Below the pieces are notes generated by a model that was not told the origin of the DNA, searched no databases, and worked only from the letters and a program-made list of their open reading frames with translations. 20,747 bases of DNA from a virus (Duplodnaviria > Heunggongvirae > Uroviricota > Caudoviricetes), in IMG/VR virus record IMGVR_UViG_2579778622_000016, positions 1-20,747 of that record; one strand, given 5' to 3'. Shown piece after piece: positions 17,245-20,747 of this stretch. The position numbers and the translations under genes are program-made. Every line of letters begins with the position of its first letter. Position 1 is the first letter of the stretch.

Positions 17245-17535
17245 CAATTTGCAGAAAGCTACAAATTTGCATAAAAATGCAAAAATAAAATATATGCAAT
17301 TTATTTGCATAAATAGTCAGCGCAACAAAAATTTTAAGCAGCAAGCGCAACACGATGCGCAACAGCGCAACAAAAAATGTTGCGCCGCTGATTTTAAAGG
17401 CTTTTTTAACCGCAACAAGCGCAACACGACGGCTAGCGTAGTGGCGCAACACAATACCCCTCTCCCCCCTTTAGGGGGGAGGGGTTTGTTGCGCCCGAGC
17501 CGTTGCGGTTTTTATTCATTTAAATGCATATGCAA
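17245..17535. repeat. Iteron-rich putative replication origin
   Basis: GCGCAACA at 17320, 17345, 17357, 17365, 17419, 17444 and inverted TGTTGCGC at 17378, 17487 (variants at 17410, 17501); AT-rich TTTGCAT / ATGCAAA repeats at 17246-17315; central GC hairpin 17457-17484. Confidence 0.55.
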
Positions 17536-17561
17536 TGCTGGTGAATGATAAGGGGGTGCAG

Positions 17562-18260
17562 ATGCTGACAGCAATCAACAACGAAAAAATTGTCATCGCA
17601 AGGGACGCGCAGAAACCGGGAATTTTCGCCTGCCCGGAATGTGGTGAAGTTGTCACCCTGCGGAAAGGTTCGGTGAAAGTTCACCATTTCGCCCATCGCA
17701 GCACCACATCCTGCGGTTACGGGAAAGGCGAATCTGAGTTGCACATGGATTTGAAAATGCAGGTCTATGACGCGTTGAACGCGCATCGTGAGGTGGAATA
17801 TGTTGCGATGGAGGTCGCAGTCGGTGATGTTCGTCCCGATGTGCTGGCGATTATTCGGGGTCAGAAGGTTGCTTTTGAGATTCAGGTTAGTTCGCTGAGT
17901 ATTGAAGACCTCTATCGCCGCACGGTTGCGTACGCAGCTCAGGACATTGCGATGATCTGGATCCTGCACTGGCCTGAAGGTACTGCACTGGACCGGCTTT
18001 ATCACCCTGCATCATGGGAGCGATGGTTACATACTTGCGGAATGGCAACTCTGTACTTCTGGGCGGGCGATGGCTGGGTCAGGCCAGTGCGTCTGGGAAA
18101 CCGACAACATGGATTACAAAGAGCACCTCGTGCCCATCTGGTTGATGATTTCGAACCAAAGCGAACAGGCGGGTGGATTAAAGGTGATTTTCTGATACCT
18201 GCTCGCTTTATCTGGAATCGTGTGCGACGGCAAAAACGTAGAGGTCAGAGCTATGCGTAA
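17562..18260 (+). CDS. CoiA-like family protein (putative nuclease)
   Basis: FACPECGEVVTLRKGSVKVHHFAHRSTTSC...GESELH...RPDV matches the CoiA N-terminal pattern as I recall it. SD AAGGGGG before the ATG at 17562. Confidence 0.75.
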   Translation: MLTAINNEKIVIARDAQKPGIFACPECGEVVTLRKGSVKVHHFAHRSTTSCGYGKGESELHMDLKMQVYDALNAHREVEYVAMEVAVGDVRPDVLAIIRGQKVAFEIQVSSLSIEDLYRRTVAYAAQDIAMIWILHWPEGTALDRLYHPASWERWLHTCGMATLYFWAGDGWVRPVRLGNRQHGLQRAPRAHLVDDFEPKRTGGWIKGDFLIPARFIWNRVRRQKRRGQSYA

Positions 18261-18687
18261 TATTCAACAGGTTTTAGAGCGCTGGGGTGGCTGGGCTGCC
18301 AATAGCAACACCACAGTGAGCTGGGCTCCAATAGCGGCGGGATTTAAAGGGCTGGTAGTCAGCAGCCTGCCTGGCAGGCTGAGTTGCTGCGACGACGATG
18401 GCCTGATTATCGATGCTTGCGTCTGTCGGCTGCAGCAGGTCCGTAAGCCTGAGGAACTGGACGTCATTATGCTGTACTACGTCTACGGGTTAAGCAAACG
18501 TGAGATAGGACGGCGGCGTCGATGTTCTGAAGGATTTATCCGCCAGCAGTTGCAGGTAGCTGAGGGATTCATTGAGGGGTGTCTCTGCATGCTGGGTGTG
18601 AGCCTTCAGATGGATCCTGAGGTCGAAATTCAAAGGGATGAAAAAAGTATTAGTGCGCTACGCAAAAACTGCGCTACGCTGGTATGA
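18253..18687 (+). CDS. Phage antitermination protein Q (phage-82/21-type Q family)
   Basis: MRNIQQVLERWGGWAANS...CCDDD...YYVYG resembles remembered Q-family proteins. ATG at 18253 overlaps the CoiA-like stop; followed by a long non-coding spacer and the holin gene. Confidence 0.7.
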   Translation: MRNIQQVLERWGGWAANSNTTVSWAPIAAGFKGLVVSSLPGRLSCCDDDGLIIDACVCRLQQVRKPEELDVIMLYYVYGLSKREIGRRRRCSEGFIRQQLQVAEGFIEGCLCMLGVSLQMDPEVEIQRDEKSISALRKNCATLV

Positions 18688-18895
18688 GTTGAATTTCTGA
18701 CCTCAACGAAGAGCTCCAAATTATTGGGGGTTTTTTGTACGCACAACAGGTAATAGTATTGAACCCGCAGACCTCGCGGAACTGGTGAAAGGTGCCGCGC
18801 AGTGCTCTTATCGTTGTGGTGAAGCTCAATGGCGAGCTAGCAGATAGGCGACAGTGAAAATACTAGTCATGTATCTGACCGCCGCGCGTACTGCA

Positions 18896-18944
18896 ATCGG
18901 CAGCGCACCGATGGAAGCCGGTTCGATTCCGGCCGCCACAACCC
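18896..18944 (+). other. tRNA-like fragment (anticodon-arm-like hairpin, canonical T-arm, 7-nt acceptor 3' strand); not a complete canonical tRNA
   Basis: ATCGG-CAGCGCA-CCGAT hairpin (18896-18912), T-arm GCCGG-TTCGATT-CCGGC (18917-18933), then CGCCACA-A-CCC. No D-arm or acceptor 5' strand at the right distance. Confidence 0.3.
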
Positions 18945-19061
18945 AAACTGAGCCGTAGCCACTGGCTGTCCTGAACTCCTCAGTGATAGTTACGCTGCGG
19001 CCTTCTTTTTCCCCTTCCTAATACAAGAACTACGCAATCCGTTACTGGCGGAGGCGTTGCT

Positions 19062-19277
19062 ATGAAATCAATGGACAAAATCTCAACTGGCATTGCCTAC
19101 GGAACATCCGCTGGTAGTGCGGGATACTGGTTTTTACAGTGGTTGGATCAGGTCAGTCCGTCACAGTGGGCTGCTATTGGTGTGCTGGGGAGTCTGGCAC
19201 TGGGCTTTCTGACTTATCTGACGAATCTGTACTTCAAGATAAAAGAGGACCGTCGCAAGGCGGCGCGGGGAGAGTAA
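19062..19277 (+). CDS. S21-type pinholin (class II holin) with dual-start motif
   Basis: 71 aa, [30 protein letters not shown]...: near-identical to my memory of phage 21 S; two in-frame starts (MKSM / MDKI); SD GGAGG upstream; two TM segments. Confidence 0.85.
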   Translation: MKSMDKISTGIAYGTSAGSAGYWFLQWLDQVSPSQWAAIGVLGSLALGFLTYLTNLYFKIKEDRRKAARGE

Positions 19278-19410
19278 TTCAATGGAACATAATAATGAAA
19301 AATCCAGAGAGCACTCTGGAAACAGCAAACATTATTCCATTGCTCATTCATTCGGCGGCTTTCGTGATGTAGTCGGACAGGGTGCTGAGAGAGAACAGGA
19401 GAGTAATACA

Positions 19411-20217
19411 ATGACTCAAAACCATGAACTGGTTGTTAAAGGAACCCGAAATTTTGAGAATAAAATTGCGGTGATTTTAACCCTGCGTGACAAAAAGCGT
19501 TTTGCCTGTGAGATATTTGACTTACACATCAACCTTGAACGACAGGAAGGCGCCACTCTGGAGTTTTATGAGTCAGAGGCAATAAAACGGGCAAAGACAT
19601 TGTTCCGGGATGTTGCTGCAGGGTTATGTGAAGGGGACGAGCTGTCGCCGGAAAAGCGCCCCATAATTTTACAGGCGCACAATGTGTGGATAACCTACAA
19701 AGGAAAGCTACCGGGAAGAATTACTGGTTCTCTGAAGATGCCGCCGTCAACACTGCGGTCAGAAAAAGAGGCGTCTTGTCTGCAGTCTGAGTACTCCATT
19801 ACGGTTAAAAGTGCCGGAGAGGAAGGAAATAAACGTTATTTTATTGCGTCTGCACCTGATAAAGATCAGGAATGGGAGTGTAACCGGCCATCCTTTGTTG
19901 TATACGGAGATGGCGGGAAAATAACCATCTCAGAAAATGGGAAATTAACACCGCCATCGCACCAGCATAGTGAGGCGCTCATTGAATTTGCCATTGATTA
20001 CCTGAAGAACAATAAAAAGCAGGGGCTGATGAAGCGCATTGGTCGTTGCATGGGATATCTGCAGGTAGCAGCTGAGATTGAAATGATGGCCAGTGGTGCT
20101 GACAATGATGCAGTTGTGCTGGAGGCTCTTCTGCGTGATTTTGATAATACGCCCTTTAAGAAAGCACCTGTTGACTGGATGCAGCCGGGGATGACTTATC
20201 TGAAAGGGCGTATATAA
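19411..20217 (+). CDS. Hypothetical protein (268 aa from ATG 19411; alternative start 19282 gives 311 aa)
   Basis: Occupies the slot where an endolysin is expected but has no TM/SAR segment or lysozyme motifs. The same SD-ATG 17-mer GGAGAGTAAT(A/T)CAATG precedes both candidate starts. Confidence 0.5.
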   Translation: MTQNHELVVKGTRNFENKIAVILTLRDKKRFACEIFDLHINLERQEGATLEFYESEAIKRAKTLFRDVAAGLCEGDELSPEKRPIILQAHNVWITYKGKLPGRITGSLKMPPSTLRSEKEASCLQSEYSITVKSAGEEGNKRYFIASAPDKDQEWECNRPSFVVYGDGGKITISENGKLTPPSHQHSEALIEFAIDYLKNNKKQGLMKRIGRCMGYLQVAAEIEMMASGADNDAVVLEALLRDFDNTPFKKAPVDWMQPGMTYLKGRI

Positions 20218-20226
20218 GGTGGCTCG

Positions 20227-20541
20227 TTATCTGTTGCTGGATAATCGACTGAAGATGCGTTCTTTTTGTGTTTTTGCGTAATGATTGTCCCACTCACAAT
20301 CAAGGTAGCTTAATTCTTCATTCAACCAGTTATTTATATTGGTCTTAATACGCATAAGCATGGGCTGTGTTAATGCTCTGGCGATAATGCCGAGAGTCAC
20401 AGGTGTGAGATGTCCATACGGCTCAACCTGAATGGATTTTACTGCATCGTGTTCTTGTGGGAGGAGTAAGAGGCACTCTGATTTTACCCGCTCATTTATG
20501 GCTTGCAGGCATAAATCATAATTATGTTGATCGTTATGCAT
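20227..20541 (-). CDS. Hypothetical protein (104 aa), convergent with the 19411..20217 gene
   Basis: SD GAGGA 6 nt upstream of the ATG at 20541; stops of the two genes are 10 bp apart. No family recognised. Confidence 0.5.
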   Translation of the reverse strand: MHNDQHNYDLCLQAINERVKSECLLLLPQEHDAVKSIQVEPYGHLTPVTLGIIARALTQPMLMRIKTNINNWLNEELSYLDCEWDNHYAKTQKERIFSRLSSNR

Positions 20542-20669
20542 GGTTAATCCTCTACTGAAATTGTCAGATATATTTCAGCCATCAGGAAAAACGCCAGTGT
20601 CCTACCGCTGGCGGGCTGAAGATTTAACATATCCAGGGATTCGGAACCGATAAATCCTGATAAATATCC

Positions 20670-20747
20670 ATGAACACCAAAATCAAATATGGCCTGTCGG
20701 CTGCCGTTCTGGCACTGATTGCCGTCGGTGCGCCTGCGCCTGATATT
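20670..20747 (+). CDS. 5' end of a gene for a secreted or membrane-anchored protein (possibly a SAR-type endolysin); truncated by the window edge
   Basis: MNTKIKYGLSAAVLALIAVGAPAPDI: basic N-terminus then a Gly/Ala-rich weakly hydrophobic stretch. Only 26 codons visible; weak RBS. Confidence 0.3.
   Translation, partial: MNTKIKYGLSAAVLALIAVGAPAPDI

Noticed and set aside
17204-17548. 114-aa ORF spanning the iteron region
   Set aside because: Its translation is low-complexity and tracks the GCGCAACA repeats and the GC hairpin; better explained as origin DNA.
18815-18944. A complete tRNA gene
   Set aside because: The possible acceptor-stem partner and D-arm are 126 nt from the 3' end and the anticodon-like loop lacks U33; only a tRNA-like fragment is supportable without a covariance-model search.
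19685-19693. Perfect DnaA-box consensus TGTGGATAA
   Set aside because: Single copy inside a coding region with no neighbouring boxes or AT-rich unwinding element; probably chance.

Overview
The window holds the left ~20.5 kb of a lambdoid-architecture prophage inserted immediately upstream of the host ferredoxin-like gene yfhL (1..261, minus strand); the prophage runs off the right edge. All calls rest on reading the sequence and on remembered family motifs, with no database search run. Order, left to right: candidate attL/int promoter region, a tyrosine integrase (+), then a long leftward (minus-strand) early operon ending in an AlpA/Xis-like gene whose stop overlaps the int stop. That operon carries a phage replication/recombination module (DUF2800 nuclease, DUF2815 SSB-like, family-A DNA polymerase, VRR-NUC, SNF2 helicase) interleaved with an immI-like antirepressor control unit (Bro-N, Rha, and a convergent pair of paralogous Arc/Mnt-type RHH genes with palindromic operators). 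To the right come OL-like operator repeats, a CI-like HTH/S24 repressor (-), a Cro-like gene (+), an AEP-primase/RecA-fold helicase fusion, an iteron-rich putative origin, a CoiA-like gene, a Q-type antiterminator, a tRNA-like fragment and an S21-type pinholin. The two loci I consider most likely to hide undescribed biology are (i) an AT-rich opposite-strand gene (9187..9876) wedged into the replication operon, convergently overlapping a 213-aa unknown, and (ii) a convergent pair of unknown genes (19411..20217 and 20227..20541) sitting where the endolysin should follow the pinholin. Both are inferences from gene context and composition only. No CRISPR array, rRNA or complete canonical tRNA was found.
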